DNA of 64,000 nucleotides from Perkinsus olseni (GCA_013115125.1 JABANN010000118.1:1-64000), one strand, 5' to 3'; positions 14,801 to 28,413 are shown, counted from the stretch's first letter. Notes: generated by a model from the sequence alone, not told the origin. Numbers and translations: made by a program.

Positions 14801-15116
14801 CCGAGTCCAATGACGATATGTCACTACCGGCCGAAGAGGCGACGTCGTCCGAGGCGATGGACTCGTCATCATCATCCGCGGCCGCCCCCTCCCCTCCGAA
14901 GTCCAGGAAGTCCTCCAGTTGGATCTCATCCTCCTTCCCTTGCGACCTCACAGGAAGCTCCTCTTCCTTTCCCTTCCCTTTCCTCTTTTGCACTGGCTTC
15001 ATCGGCTGCCGTCGTTTATTAGCCGACCCTTTAGTGACAAGATTCTTTTTCCGCTTACCGGCGGCCCCTCCTCCCTCAGCCTTCTTCCCTCGACGGGTGG
15101 TAGATGGTCGAGCCAT
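11870..15116 (-). CDS. UTP14: U3 snoRNA-associated protein 14 (multi-exon)
   Basis: RLNKIKSKTWHK, MGMKFMQRG, LPGWGSGWTG, YEREMSRPLGPEWHS...LIQPRIITR; acidic and basic low-complexity tracts. Confidence 0.88.
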
Positions 15117-15224
15117 AACAACAATAACTGCCCGTCGAAACGCGGATGACCGAGGGAACCTCGGGATTAATGCACTGCAACAGAAGAAGAATCCGAATCG
15201 ATCAAATGATCGATTTCAAAATCA

Positions 15225-18200
15225 TCATGGACTTTCATGCAGAGTCAACTTCTGTTCACTATCATACTCCCTCAATGCCTTCCGCAACCTTCTCGTCTCC
15301 TCAAACAGCATCGGAAATTTCCCCTCATCCAAGTTGCCGCTCGCCATCACCTCCTTCGCCACGCTGGCTGGAAGGACTGCCCTCTTGACCCCACTCGAGA
15401 ATTTAACTGCGTATCTTCCCTCCTCGAGATCTTCTATCACTCGACAAAGCGACCTGTTCACATTATAGAGCCGCAGCAGCTCCTCTCGAAGCTGCGAGAT
15501 CGTTCTCCGCTTGTCAGCTCGGTAACTGTCGGACGAAGAGATATGACAAGGAGAGGTGCACCGGAGAGATATTCTTCGAAAATCTTTCGAGAGAATTTTG
15601 CCCGGACGGGGACCATCAGATTTCACTCTAAGTGACGGCCCACTCCACGCGAAGGGAGAGGCTCACGGCGTGATAGTGATGCCGGGCGAGAGCGAAGCGA
15701 AGGGAGGGGTGAAATTCACCGTGAATGCTTCCAGACTGCCCTGCTGCGAGTCATGCACACCAAAAGGCACCAAACTGAGCTATTTTGTATCTTGCCTGCA
15801 TGAGCCTAGGATTCCTACCGCATGAATGCTCTCTTAAGCTTCCCATTATAAGCCTCCGTCTCCGCCTTCCAGTGCCTCCACTGTATTTCCTTCGACCGTA
15901 AGGCTTCTTCATAAGCCGCCTTTTGCTCCGATAGTTGCCTCACTCTCATCTCCTCCGCTCGAGTAAGGGATGATCGTATGCTCTCTCGACAAGACGAGCT
16001 TATATCTGAGCGGCATACAGAGTATCTTACGTCGAATCATGGAAGATAGCAAATAGGTCAGATATCCTCCCACCTACTCCTCAGCTGTTCCACTAAAGTG
16101 CTAAGCTTCTCAGTGAGCTTATTCTGTTCACTGCCAAGGAAAGCTTCCCTCATAAAAGCCTCCAACCCGCGTATTCGATCAGCCATCTCCTTCTCGCTCT
16201 TCTCCCTCTGTCGCTTCACCTCCTCAACCTCCATCGCTGCTCTGGCCTCCCTCGCCCGGCACTTCTCCATGAACTCCAATTTCTCTCTTCTCATAGCCTC
16301 CTCCTCAGCCAACTGTTTATCCCTCGAGAATTGCCAGTCACCCTTCAGCTTCTCGGCCTTCTCCTCTGCCCGTCTCGCCTTCTGCTGCTCTGCGGCGATC
16401 TGCTCCCGCAAGGCCTCGGCCTCCCTCATCAACCCCGCCTCAGCAGCAAGCTCTTCACCATCCTCATCAGTTTTTACACTTTTTCTATCAGTATTCCCCC
16501 TGCCGTTCATCGCCTCTATCCTCTGCTCGAAGCTACTCTTCGCCAAAGCCAACTGAGCCTTCAGTTCTGCTATCTCCTGTAGCAGGCCACGGACTCGCCA
16601 ATCCTGCGACACCCCGCCAACGCTAGAATACCCGACAACCGGTCGGTTGTGAACATTTTTGCCTAAAAATAAGTCATTCCTAGCGGAGCGAAGCACCACC
16701 ATGACCCACATCTATCCGCAAATTGCAGCGTGTTGAGAGATTCTTGATACATCGAGGTGGCTGGGTTGATCGTACACAGAAGTGTCGTGAAGGAGTTTCC
16801 TCCCAACGCTGGGGAGAGGAGCCGCGTCAGTTTAGAGTCCCTATAGGGTACCTACACCACCACCGGAGGTGCGGGAGGAGGTCGGCTACTGCAGGTTAGA
16901 GCAACTTTTCATATCTAGCGATGATGATGATGACAAGATTTTCCCATTGATCCATTCTGTGGGAAGCCGCAGAACCAAGAAGCATCTCATTGTTCTACAA
17001 TACCACAGCCAGCCCAGGCACCTACGTATATCTGCTGACCTCCTCCTTCTCCTCCACTCTGTATCGACAAGGCCAGTATAACCTTGCTGAGGGCCGACAG
17101 ACTGCTGTTAACAATGACCGCCTCTTGAAACCTCGCCCCTTCACTCCTGCTCTTAGCCAACCTCTCTGACCCTGCTAGATCCACAAAATTTAGTGTCCCG
17201 GAAATGACATCCTTTCCGCTTTCCGCCCGATCGCGGGTGACGAGGTTGAGAGAGAATATCGTGTGGCTTCGACTGGACACCGAGTTGATGGCCGTCTCAT
17301 AAGTAGCACGAAGAGCGCTGCCCTTCCGGACCTGGATACACTTGGATGGCCTGGGTCGAGAAATCTTGCTCATCTTACGATGTCTAGCAATTCCTCAACG
17401 TTCCGTATGGGTAGAAGTGTAAGGTCTTTGACGAAGACCTGGCCAGCGGGAGTCTCGTGGATCTCTAGATTCTGCGACTCCCAACCAGAATCAGAGTCCA
17501 GTCGAGCTGGCGTTCCAAATGAAAACTGAAGAACGAGTCCACCGTTCGACCTATCCTGTATCTTGCATCCTCAACCCGAAAATACTACTCCAGTAGCACT
17601 ATTGGGCCTCGTATTAGACACAAGACTGCTGCTGCTCCTCGTATGATGACGTCCCGTTGGGGCACTCGCTGGGCGTTGCCGATCAACACCCGCAGACCGC
17701 GAGGAGGCCAATCCCAAATCTCGAATCTGAAAAGACAACCATCAAACGCGCAAGATAAGGCCACGAATCCGACCTGGTCCAAGTAGATCTCCACGAAGGT
17801 GGCAACCAGCGCGCACTCCTTAGATTTCGCAACATCCACGATCTTCTTGAAAAGATACCTCACAGCCCTCGGTAGTATCCCTTCCCAACTACAGCTAGTC
17901 CTCAACGTCTCCCCCTTCAAAAGATTCGGGCCAAACACTGAATGGCTTTTGCCGCTCCCAGTCTGTCCATAGGCGAAGATACAGCCACTGTAGCCCAGCA
18001 GAAGCCGGTCCACCAGCGGCCTACCACACCTTTCGAAAATCTCACTCTGGGTGACCTCGGGAGAATGCACCTCTCCGAACTGGAAGTAGTGCTCGCAACG
18101 ACCGTTCGAGAGGGGATCTTTGACCGTCAAGGTGACCTCCGAACCAGCTGAGTCATCGATGTCGTATAGCTCATGCCAGGGGAGGTTGGATGGGCCCCCG

Positions 18201-18289
18201 AAGGGATCGTAGGGAGGTCGCAAGCGAACATGGACTAGAATAGTACAGCTGTTTGCGGAGGAGGGCCGAGAGGTTGATGGACGGGGCAT
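15225..18289 (-). CDS. Kinesin motor protein with a coiled-coil tail (multi-exon)
   Basis: [21 protein letters not shown] (P-loop), [38 protein letters not shown]-rich coiled coil at 16058-16600. Confidence 0.92.
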
Positions 18290-18431
18290 ACAAAGAAAAA
18301 GATACTCTCCACCAGGAGCAGAAATTTGCCGATGATACGAGCCCTTCCAAATGCTGCACTCTCGGTAGGAAAGATAAATCATGGTCACAATGAACGATAT
18401 ACTTCCGAAAATCGCGCACAGCGAAGATTTT

Positions 18432-20552
18432 TTAGATACCTTCCGGCAAGTCGTCGGGTTCCGGCGGAGCTTCGCTCCTCGCTATCAGTTTTCGAACCGG
18501 CGACCTTAAAGATTCATTCTCCTCCTTCAGCCAAATTAGCTCCTGCTTCAGCTCGACTACTGCGCCGCTGTCCGGGGGGCATCCTTTGGACCTGATCAGA
18601 AAGATCCTCTCACCAACGCACGGCAAAGATTTCCCGAGATGCTTTGCCGGCGAAGAGAAAAGATACTCTGTTGACGGTTCGACCAGGTTACCCTAGGACC
18701 TACCACAATTCGAGATACATCTCAGAGAGCTGCTGCAGCTCTTCTTTCAGCTGATCTCTTTCCTCCTCAAGTAAGGACTTTTGGTGCTCTAATTTCCTCA
18801 CTTGTGCATCTTGCGCAACTTGCGTTTCCTCAATGTCAGCTTCGGCACAACCATTCTTCGATTGCAATGCCTCTTGGGAAGCTGCTTTTTCGGCCGCAAC
18901 CTCTCGCTAAACGATACGCATCATTGAAGAGGTCCCCGGTTCGAATCCTGGGCCCACCACCTTCATTTTGAGTATCTCAGCTCGGAGTGTCTTCACTTCC
19001 GCAGTGAGGCGCCTGTTACTCAGCCGAAGCGTCTCCACCTCTTCCATCACGCAAACATCTTCTGTGATAGCAGGTCGATACGCCTCGGAAAATCCACTAC
19101 TACCAGATTCCATCACCTACGTTAAAGTCCCCGGTTAAACCCTCGCACTTGTCATTTTTACCTGTGTATAAGCCTCTATAGTATCCGTTAGTTGATCTGC
19201 CAACGTCTGCTTCTCTGCCACAGCTTTCCTACACTGCCTTCTCATGCGCTCAGCCTCCCCGACCAACCCCGCCACCTTCGTCCTCAGCCTCTCCATCTCC
19301 AGCAACATGACTAACCTTCCTCCACCCTCAACCAGTTCCCCATCCACCAACGCTCGACTATTACCATACAGTTGGAGCCCCTTCAATGACCGAATCGTCA
19401 GGACGGCCAAGTCCCGGGCTTGCCGGCTCAGCGCTCTAAACTTCCACCTATCCCCCTCGCTCGCTATGACATCGAATCTAGACGCATGATCCGCGGGATA
19501 GATTCTGACCTCAGGATGCTCGCCCGAATAGCAGCATTCCATCGGCTCATATGAATTTCGTGGCGCAGTGACGGTCAGCCGTACCTGAGCCGACTCCAGG
19601 CACTCGTCCAATTCACCACTTCTACTACTACTACCCCGTTGCTCATGACCTGCAACATCGCGTCCACCTCTCCACCGTCATCACCGATCAGCTGCACTTG
19701 GAATCTTGTCCCACCGGCCGCTACGATATTGTCAAGCGTCCGCCGAGTGGCCGCGTCCATCTCCATTGGCCCTTCGCTCAGCAACGCTCGTCCTTTGTAA
19801 GATGCCTCGGCACATTCAACCTCGACCATCACCATACACCCCACATCGTCCGCGGAAATTCGATAAGTGGTATCTTCCGCACGCACGCCCAAGATTTGAC
19901 ATAGAGGTTCACTTCGAGATCTGCAACAGTACTGCGGGTATTTCCGATACCATCGGCAGTGTAAGGCCACAGGGAACCCACTTTCTGGAGGAAATGCAAG
20001 GTTGTTCGAGATTACAAGTGGCCTTCTCACCGGTATCGAACCCACTGACTACCAGTGAGCTACTGCTAGATCCGTCCTCAGCCCCCCTCGTATCCATCTT
20101 GACCTTGTACCCCATAGGCTGGCCGTGAGCTAAGATATTCTTTTCCTCCTCTCCAACAGGAAATAAACTGCTACCCAACCCATCATGGGTAGTACCCTTC
20201 TCAATTGAGACAAATGCTCCTCGCACGACTAAAAACCGTGGAGGCAGTTAACAACGAGCTGGAAGGTTGAGTGAATCCGCGCTGAGTCCTCGAATCCGGG
20301 ATTCGCGAACCTCTTTTCCCGATTCGAGAGAAAAACCCAACCAATCGGAATACAATTTCTGTAGTAGATTAATACACTCTTCCCACCATGACGCATTCCT
20401 CCCTCACTACTACCAGTAGCAGCATTCCTCCCCATTTCCGTTACACTGGCCAACAGCTGCTCCGGTAGTCCACTGCCCGACCCAGGCAGCATCAGCCTTG
20501 ACGGCTCTCCGTTGATGACCGAAGACAGCGACGGCCTGCTCCTGGTGGACAT
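18432..20552 (-). CDS. Hypothetical protein with an AIR9/SCAB-type Ig-like segment and a C-terminal coiled coil (multi-exon)
   Basis: CRWYRK...YRISADDVGCMVMVEV resembles AIR9/SCAB Ig-like repeats; downstream heptad-rich exons. Confidence 0.6.
18907..18960 (+). other. Intron of the minus-strand gene containing an antisense tRNA 3'-half ending in CCA
   Basis: The + strand reads GAGGTCCCCGGTTCGAATCCTGGGCCCACCA, directly abutting the GT donor on the minus strand. Confidence 0.72.
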
Positions 20553-20706
20553 TCAGAAACATACTGGAGAGCTCATCCACCGGCGAACTCCACACAAGTT
20601 CGGACGAAAACAGAAACTCATGAGAACTCACAAACCGAATTTGAAGATTCTTCTTCTGATCGTTGGGAGCGGCTCCCCGTCATCCCCGAGGACCTCCGCA
20701 TTCTCC

Positions 20707-21024
20707 TCAACTTCTTGTCGATTCTTCATCTCCTCCAGCCGACTTCGAAGAGCGTCTGAAGACACTAAAAGATGCGTCGCAAGCACTGGGGGAAGCGATA
20801 CCTCCAAAGGGCCGAGGACGAAAGCCTCTCACCGCACTGACGTCAGCACTCCAGAGTATTGATGGCAGCTGCCGTTGGTTAAGGAACATACCCAACACCA
20901 GTCGGGCACTGAGATGGGAGATGCTACCACGAATAGTAGCTAAGAACAGGGCATCGACTCGTGTAAGAGAGAAGACCATAATCAATAGGGCGACCTCTGC
21001 TGTAACAATGGCAAGATAATGCAT
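20707..21024 (-). CDS. Possible small hypothetical membrane protein exon
   Basis: ORF with a hydrophobic N-terminal stretch; no family recognised. Confidence 0.25.
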   Translation of the reverse strand: MHYLAIVTAEVALLIMVFSLTRVDALFLATIRGSISHLSARLVLGMFLNQRQLPSILWSADVSAVRGFRPRPFGGIASPSACDASFSVFRRSSKSAGGDEESTRS

Positions 21025-23310
21025 GAGCAGGATATACGGATACTATCCCTCTCTGTTATTACTGCACTGGTCCCAAGTCGGCTACGATGATGCCGGCATC
21101 CAGGGCCACAGGAGGGCTGACGCCATAGTGACCTCCACCGGTAGCTAGATGGTATCTCAAAGGACGAGCTCGTGTATCATACCTCAACCTATCGAACACT
21201 ACAATCGCTCATCATAAATGATATGAGCCGCTGGATCCTTCAACTCGGGGGCATCGATGGACAGACCGATGGTAAGGGTGTCGATGAGGCTCCGAGCCAG
21301 CCACGGGGATCGATCTTTGGTTCCCAATAGATGCCAGGAGTGTAACTGAAACGCCTTAAATGCACCGGGGTGAAAGCGACCTGTCAATTCGTGAATTTAC
21401 GGGACGATAATGACAGAGAATATTCGAAGTCGGAGCCCGCGAGTCATATCGGGGAAACACCTCATGTTTTCCCAAGTACATCCCCCTTGCGGCTCACACA
21501 ACAATAATTAGTGATCGTGGGAAGCAAGGAAACGTTGCGTGCGAGGCAGCAACTAGGCTCCGACGGCTATAACAGTCGATCCCATCCTTTTCAAGTCAGT
21601 CTTTCCTTGCCGGATTCGGAGTCCGAATTTCGGACACTGAAGACTACGCAGCTGATGACACCTTTTCTGAGATGCGAAGAGCTCGCCGGGGCGTAAGCAC
21701 GCGGCGACAACCAAAAATAATGCCGCTGTGCTTTGCCGTCTCTTCCCGACCGAGGTGTCAACAGAGCAGCATTCCTGAGCTGTTCAGAGGTCAAGGTCAG
21801 CGCTTGCTTGAGCTCTCCCCCACCGCAGACTCGTCTCACCGCTTGCTAAGCCAGTCTTAAAATCGGCGCCAGGCGCCGAGGCCCTCCGGTCGTGTCACCC
21901 ATGACTGCCTTGGTGCTGTACTCGCATGAACGGGTGATAATGAGCCCGGATCCTCGAAGATTACGACGAGAAAGCAGAAATCCAGCGTACTAACGGACCC
22001 CTGACGATCCTCCTTCATATTTGTTCGCATCCCCTCATATGCCACCATCTGCATCCGCAGGTGCAGCGTCACCATCTCATTTCCTTGCAGTTAGTGCAAG
22101 GTGAAAACGTCGCCTCATCACAAGAAGCCTGGTCCGGTGACAGCAGCTCGCAAAGAAGGCTTCCACTGCGCTTCCAATACGCCCGAACGACCGATCAGGC
22201 AGCGGTATTATACCGCTGGTATAATCCGACAGGCTGAACACTCAACATTAGTGAGTCACTAGCGGATGACACTATGCGACACCCCACCAATTTTGGGAAA
22301 ACCTCAGAGTGCAATGCGCGCAGAAAATTCCAACGTCCCTACTTCTCCAGCGGACTTCCACAACCACCGGTAGAACTAAAATTGCAGTCATATTGAAGCA
22401 ACAGAGGCTGTTGCTGTTACTGCAAAGGGTGTTGAACAGCCTGTAGAGCCAAGGCCCTGATTTTCGTTTTTAAAGAGACTTTGAAGCGAACCCGCATGAA
22501 CCAAAAGTTCACTTAGTAAGTGACACTTACCTCAAGTTTGAAGCCATCCTCGTGGGCCATCATAAACCTATCCCTGTTGTACCCATCTACAATGCTCGGT
22601 ATACCCAGCTTGGAACGAGTAGCTGCACCCACCGACCGCGCAACGGCTCCTGCCACTCCTACGGCTCCGGATTGAAAGGGGATCATTTACCAGGCTCTCA
22701 TCAGCAGGAGGGTACAACGCGCGTCGATCACAATGGCGCGCGCTACAGCATTCTACGCCGACGGCCTGAGCATCTCGCTTGCCCAGACGATCGGTATTGG
22801 GCTCATCAGCTATATAAGGACTGCGATGGTTTAACCTCTCTCGGGACTTGACAAAACCTTTGGGGAATGCTCGGGACATACTCCGGGCCAACCAATCGAG
22901 TATAGGAGCACCGGTAGTAGGCAATCTACACACACAAGACAAGCTCGGTTCACCTCGCACAAGATACGCTTTTAGTTACTTCGTGAAGTTTCACTAGAAG
23001 ACGTTATCTCAATCGAAGAGGTCGGTGCTTCCGTGGTCCTACCGGCATCAAGAACTACCGCTGTGTGTGATCTCTAGCGGGCCCCTTATGATTAGCCTGA
23101 TATCTGCCAAAAAATTGGTTCCAGCTGGAATAAGCTGCACCCCTCCAGAAAATTGCATGCGCTCAGAGGACATATCTCGATGCTCATTGAGACTCTCGAG
23201 GGTCGAATTACTCCCTTGATCGTAGTTTCCAGGTGAGGTTGTAGCCAGAGCCTTCTGCATCGATATCCCCCTTCAGCAGTTTACCGATTTAGTTGTTATT
23301 TTCCGTTGAG

Positions 23311-23751
23311 ATGTATCGCTTCTTCGCCTTAACAATCGCAGCGGCTTTGTTGAACTGGTCAGTGATAGCCCAGGAAGACCCCTATCCTGCAGGCACTTAC
23401 CTTCACTACTTCGATAAGGACCATCTATACTCCCTCCGTTATGGCTTTGTTCAACATGCTAATATTGCAATAATTACTCTTAATTGTACCAATAAGGTTG
23501 AACCTTTTGGGCCAAATGACTTCCCGAATCTGCTGGTGCCTAGCCCTAAGCCCGGTATACTAGCCTATTCTATTGGTTTCGATGACGCCGGCTATGATGC
23601 TCTGGTGAAATATGCTTTAACCTACTGTTGCAAGTTTGGGTATGCGTGCCATCATCCGAAGGATTTCAGGTATCTCTATTATGATACCCAGAAGAACAAC
23701 ATGGAAGTCACTTACAGAGGTGGTTACCTCCAACTTTCGAGTGAGGTGTAG
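23311..23751 (+). CDS. Small intronless secreted protein, probably lineage-specific
   Basis: Signal peptide MYRFFALTIAAALLNWSVIA; 146 aa; four Cys; Tyr-rich; more AT-rich than neighbouring genes. Confidence 0.7.
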   Translation: MYRFFALTIAAALLNWSVIAQEDPYPAGTYLHYFDKDHLYSLRYGFVQHANIAIITLNCTNKVEPFGPNDFPNLLVPSPKPGILAYSIGFDDAGYDALVKYALTYCCKFGYACHHPKDFRYLYYDTQKNNMEVTYRGGYLQLSSEV

Positions 23752-25566
23752 ACGTGCTTGACTGCGACAAATAAGTTTTTAGTGCGACAAATCAGTTTTT
23801 AGGGAATGTCGACCAGAGTTCTTATCATGGCTTCGCTTAGCGAAGTTCGCCATTGTGATTGTAGATGCGTTACCTCGAGGTTCGAGAGTCGCGCGTCTCA
23901 GTCGGTGCAGATGCCATTGACTACTATCACCTTGGCTTAACGCTTTAACCATGCTTGCTTGTGGTGGTGTTGTAACCAGTTTCCGAGTGGGGTCGCAGGA
24001 AACTCGAACTACAAGTGATGTTGACAATACGTTCTGTAGAATGTGAATTCAATCCAACATACCGGTATGAAACCACTGAAGTCAAGCCCCATATAGAAGG
24101 AATCGGCATAATTGTAATATGCTAGTAACTTGCGGTGTACACTCACTTCAACATGACGTTGACAACATCCCTGGATTCATCCAGTACGACTAGCCTCCAG
24201 AATTGCCCAATGATTACTGACATTAAATGTTGTGAGTTGTTACAATATTACTGATGACACTGATCATGACTAAGAGGCCGCCAAGAAGGAAGCTAATGTT
24301 GTCGTTACCAACTCGCGACAGTTGCTTACCAAAGACTCTCAAGATCCCTTCGTAGGCTATGCGATATAATCTGCGCCGATTCAGATTCTGCGGTACAGAT
24401 TCTGTCCCCCAACTCCTCCGCTGACCTTGACTGGACATCACGGAGGAGGGTAGAGACTCAAGCCTCGCACCGTCTGCTAATAAGTCTGATTAAATCAGAC
24501 TCTACTCGCGTCTGTCGCAAGACGCCTTAGCACCTTCTCTGCTGTAATGGGGATTTCAGCGTAGAGCCTGGGTGGCTTAACCAGGTGGTATTCCAATGTT
24601 CGTCCACCATTGTTTCCTAAATGGTCTGTGTCATCTGAAAGTGGTTTATCGAAATTCCAGTTCATCCAAGATCGTGCCGTCTGAGCACAATCTGAGTGTT
24701 TGCTCAGTTTTTTCGGACACGTACTACCCCAACAACATTTTCGAAGGTGTTCGCTTCCGACAAAGATGTTGAGTTTGGCGTGTTCCCTCTACGAATTTTT
24801 CGCACGATTTCGGTTGGTCTTCTTCTCGTTTCGTCCAGAATTGATCCGTCCTTCTAGATTCCCTACACGATCGATTCACGCATATCGTACAGAGTTTGTA
24901 TTACAAATGCAGCTCGTAGAGCCACTGTAGTTCACTTGACCAGGTGCTTCGAGATGTCTTGAGCCACTATCTACTTGAGTCAAGTGACGCCTCGGCGGTG
25001 ACGCCCACTCTCCTGCACGCAAGCACACAGCTGTCTCTCGAAGCGGATTGCCTAGGATTTTCCCTCGACACACGATGTGTATCATTCGCTAAAATCCCGG
25101 TCTACCGTCCGCGAACTCGCTCAACATTGGAAAGGGAGCTCGTGTCGCGAATCGAACAGCCAAGGAGAAGGCACTTTTGCCTGGCGACCCCCCAACGTTA
25201 CGATCGATTCGAGACCGGGCTCAGCTGCCCAAGTCCCCATCATAGCGCGCGCTGGATGTTTCGATGGAATCATGTTTTTGACAAATCATGGCGCGGCCTC
25301 GTGGCTCAACAATGATGAACATCATCGTCCGATGACTCGTTTCTCATTATCTCCTCAGGCCCCTTGGGACCCTTTATGTTTTTATTTCTCTTGGCGGTGC
25401 CATCGGGGTGTCTGGCAGTCGGACGGATGAGGTAGTATCCAAAGGTTGACCATAGAAGATACAAATTTCGTTAGACTATGCCCTCTCCTCATCGATATCG
25501 ATAGCGTGCTTAGGACTAACACCCTCTCCCTCGGACACTCCCTTCATAGCGTATCCTTCGAGATGT

Positions 25567-26091
25567 GTGAAATGGATAAGCCAGAGGCCTGCGTATCCGA
25601 GAAGGCCCGGATCGACAAGTACGGCATATCGAACGCCGTTGAAACCGCAGGCCACGGCGGGGAGGAATACTACACCTTCATCAGAGTACTCGCTGATCGA
25701 TCCTTCGGTATTGGTCATGGGCCTCACTCAGGCCATCGGCACTCTAAGCAAGTGTCGCGTCCAACACGCTGATCTGATCAAACGGGGAGGGGTCTATTGG
25801 TGCGACAGTTGGGGCAAGAAGAAGTCGCAGCCTCCCATCACGCTGTAGTGGCAGCAGCAGCAGCAGCAGTTGATCGGCTTTTCTATGATCTGTATTTTCA
25901 GACACAAGGGGAACCTACTTGTCTTCATCCCTGGTCGAGATAAAGATACGGGAGAGGCTAAGACCTTCACCGCCAGACTTACCCTTCTCGATGAGCCGAG
26001 TTTAGGGAAAGGGAAAGATCTAGAGTTGAATGTAGTTGAAGGTGGGTCGTCACAGTGTGGTAAGATTCCTTTTCCGATCAGTACGCCATAG
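25567..26091 (+). CDS. Hypothetical protein (probably spliced)
   Basis: Two successive coding-like ORFs with a plausible acceptor (tattttcag) near 25900; no family recognised. Confidence 0.35.
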
Positions 26092-26292
26092 ACCTCCGGA
26101 ACTGCGAGGTGGGGTCCGGGGAGGAGCTTCATTGCCAGGAGCCAATTCCCAATCATGTCCGAATTAAGTCGGGGTTCACAAATGCCGGTCAGAATGTAGT
26201 GTGATGATCGTGTCCTCCTCATGTCGGTGTACTCCGCCTCAGCGTTGTGTTGTTGGGCATGATTGATCGCCTGTAGGGGTCTACTGTGTATA

Positions 26293-27615
26293 ATGGCCGC
26301 TCTTCGTTCCCCCTATCCAGCTAAGGAGGATAACCTCTCCTATCAGCTATGCGACTTGGCCGCCTTCGATATCGACCACATCGACGCCAAGAAGGACGAC
26401 CTCGAGGAGATCGGTAGTGGACTGGAAGGGGCTGGAGGGTGTGGGGGTGATGCTTTCCTTCAGCTCGGGACAACACGCAGCTGCTCATCAATCGTATCTT
26501 CGACTTGCGAACTGAGTCCGCTGGCATCGCCGAAGGGCCGGTCTTCGCCACTCTTCCTGAGGTAGTGGGTTCTGGAATGAGTCTCGTGGCGCTTGAAGAT
26601 GGAGGTGTTGATCAGGCGACTCAGCTTGCTCGCCAGCCTGATGGCCTTGTCGTTCGACTCCCTCGCGAGAAGCCGCTCCCCAAGCCAAAGCCGATGACAA
26701 GGTAATTTGATCGACTCTGAGATGGCTCGATACCGCCGTCCTCTCAGGTGGGAGAAGTTCGCGAAGGAGAAGGGCTTGGATGCTAAGAAGAAGCGTAGTA
26801 GAATGGTGTGGGATGAGACGTCGAAGGACTGGGTGCCGAGGTGAGGACCCCCGTCGACCGTGCTGAAGGTGAAGGACGACTGTCAGGTGGGGCCCTAATT
26901 CTATTAAGCATAACCAGGAGAAGATGAACTGGTTGGTGGAGGTCGATGAGGATCGCGGAGATAATCCGTAGGAGAGGTCCCGGGTTCGATTCTTGGGGAG
27001 GGTAATTATTTTAAGGTACGAGGATCCGTTTGCTAAGCAGAAGGCCATCGAGAAGCTCGGCCAGGCGAAGCAGAAGGTTCGCGAGATGAGGAACAAACTC
27101 GAGGGAGTTGGCAAGAAGTTGCCTGCCGGTACGCAACTTGAATCGGGAAAAGTCGCTGTCATCCGATTCTGAAGGTATATCGGGCGGTCCTGAATTGGGG
27201 TCCATCAAGCGTGGTACGATCAACCTGAAGGAGAGCTTGGCCCGAGCGCAGAAGAGTTCCGCATCGAGCGGGAAGTAAGTTGGGTGCTATTAGCCTTCGA
27301 GTAGTTGAAGGCCGCGGGCTCAGGTTCGACAAACGACAGAAGAACGAAAAGGAAGTACCCGTTGCGAAGCGTCGGAAGGTTAACACTGCTGTACGTCTCG
27401 AAGTGATGGTGGGGCGAATATCTGTTGCTGATTAGACTCCTATTAATGAGGAGAAGTCGAAGAACCTCGCAGTGATCGGCCGCTTGATGAAGGGCGAGAC
27501 CACGTCCACTGGTACAGTGAAGGTTGATAAGAAGAAGGCGGCAGGATGGGGGCAGACCCTCCACGAAGCCGCTCGGAAGGAGGAAAAAGCTCAGAGTGGC
27601 GGAGCGAAGAAGTGA
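26293..27615 (+). CDS. RRS1: Ribosome biogenesis regulatory protein Rrs1 (multi-exon)
   Basis: RDNTQLLINRIF, RLPREKPLPKPKPMTRWEKFAKEKGL, MVWDETSKDWVPRWG, YEDPF. Confidence 0.92.
26968..27015 (+). other. Intron containing a sense tRNA 3'-half
   Basis: gtagGAGAGGTCCCGGGTTCGATTCTTGGGGAGGGTAattattttaag; removal restores NP-YEDPF. Confidence 0.72.
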
Positions 27616-28273
27616 GGGGATGCCCGATAACATGTGGATGAATCAACCAGAAGGCAAGACGTATTTTCGCTTAGGAAGAAGGCTCACCGATGAACCCCTA
27701 CAGTGAAGCTCTACAGGCTGCTGCTGTTTCACTTACCAACGTTAGTTCCAGTTTCACACCGAACTCGCTTGTGCCTTCAGTAACTCACAGGGGAGTGCGA
27801 TTGGGCCGTGATGATAAAGTCGCTCAACTCGACCCTCCCGGTAAATTACAACGAATAAGTAGGACCCTACGATTCAGAGTGTTAACTCGAGTACACGACC
27901 TGGACGGAGGCATTGGTTACAGACCGTATCTCGATGCTCGTCTGTCGAAGGGCTGTCGCCATATCGCTGAAGATGAGGACGCAGTCTTTCCCGTGTAATG
28001 TTCCGTATCGAGTGCCGGTCGACTGCCCCCGTTGGATCATATCTGTACTGAACCAAAGACCGCGCTGGTGTACAGATCTGTTGTTGATGAGTTTCAAAAC
28101 AGTTTCTTGCTTTATGCGGTAGAATGGACTAAAATCAGACATCGACGGGGTTTGCTAGCTCGGCACGCATATCCAGGTGTGTCCTGCGACGTCCGCTGCA
28201 TCGAAGAGCTCAAAATGGCTTTCAAAGGGTCAATGTCCCCAGAGAGCCCTGGCTGCATAGCACGCTACTATAA

Positions 28274-28347
28274 GCTGGAATGGTCTAGTTGGTTATGACG
28301 ACTGCCTATCACGCAGTAGGTCCCGAGTTCGATTCTCGGTTCCAGTA
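28274..28347 (+). tRNA. tRNA with a Val-type body but an ATC anticodon (variant or pseudogene)
   Basis: Cloverleaf: acceptor GCTGGAA/TTCCAGT, discriminator A73, anticodon stem ACTGC/GCAGT around loop CTATCAC, T-arm CCGAG-TTCGATT-CTCGG. Confidence 0.88.
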
Positions 28348-28413
28348 TATTTGAACAAAAGTCAACGCCTCGATTCCTCGGGCTAAGCCGGTTGAGCTGT
28401 GTGTAGGTCATCA

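Noticed and set aside
12153-16582. Ser/Phe/Leu-rich plus-strand ORFs
   Set aside because: Antisense shadows of Glu/Lys-rich Utp14 and kinesin exons
18928-18959. Possible complete tRNA gene
   Set aside because: Only the 3' half is present (no D-arm or anticodon arm), so it is treated as an intronic tRNA fragment; the same applies to the other B-box hits
21500-25400. Possible transposon or retroelement remnants in the gene-poor region
   Set aside because: No reverse transcriptase, integrase or transposase motifs or terminal repeats recognised by eye
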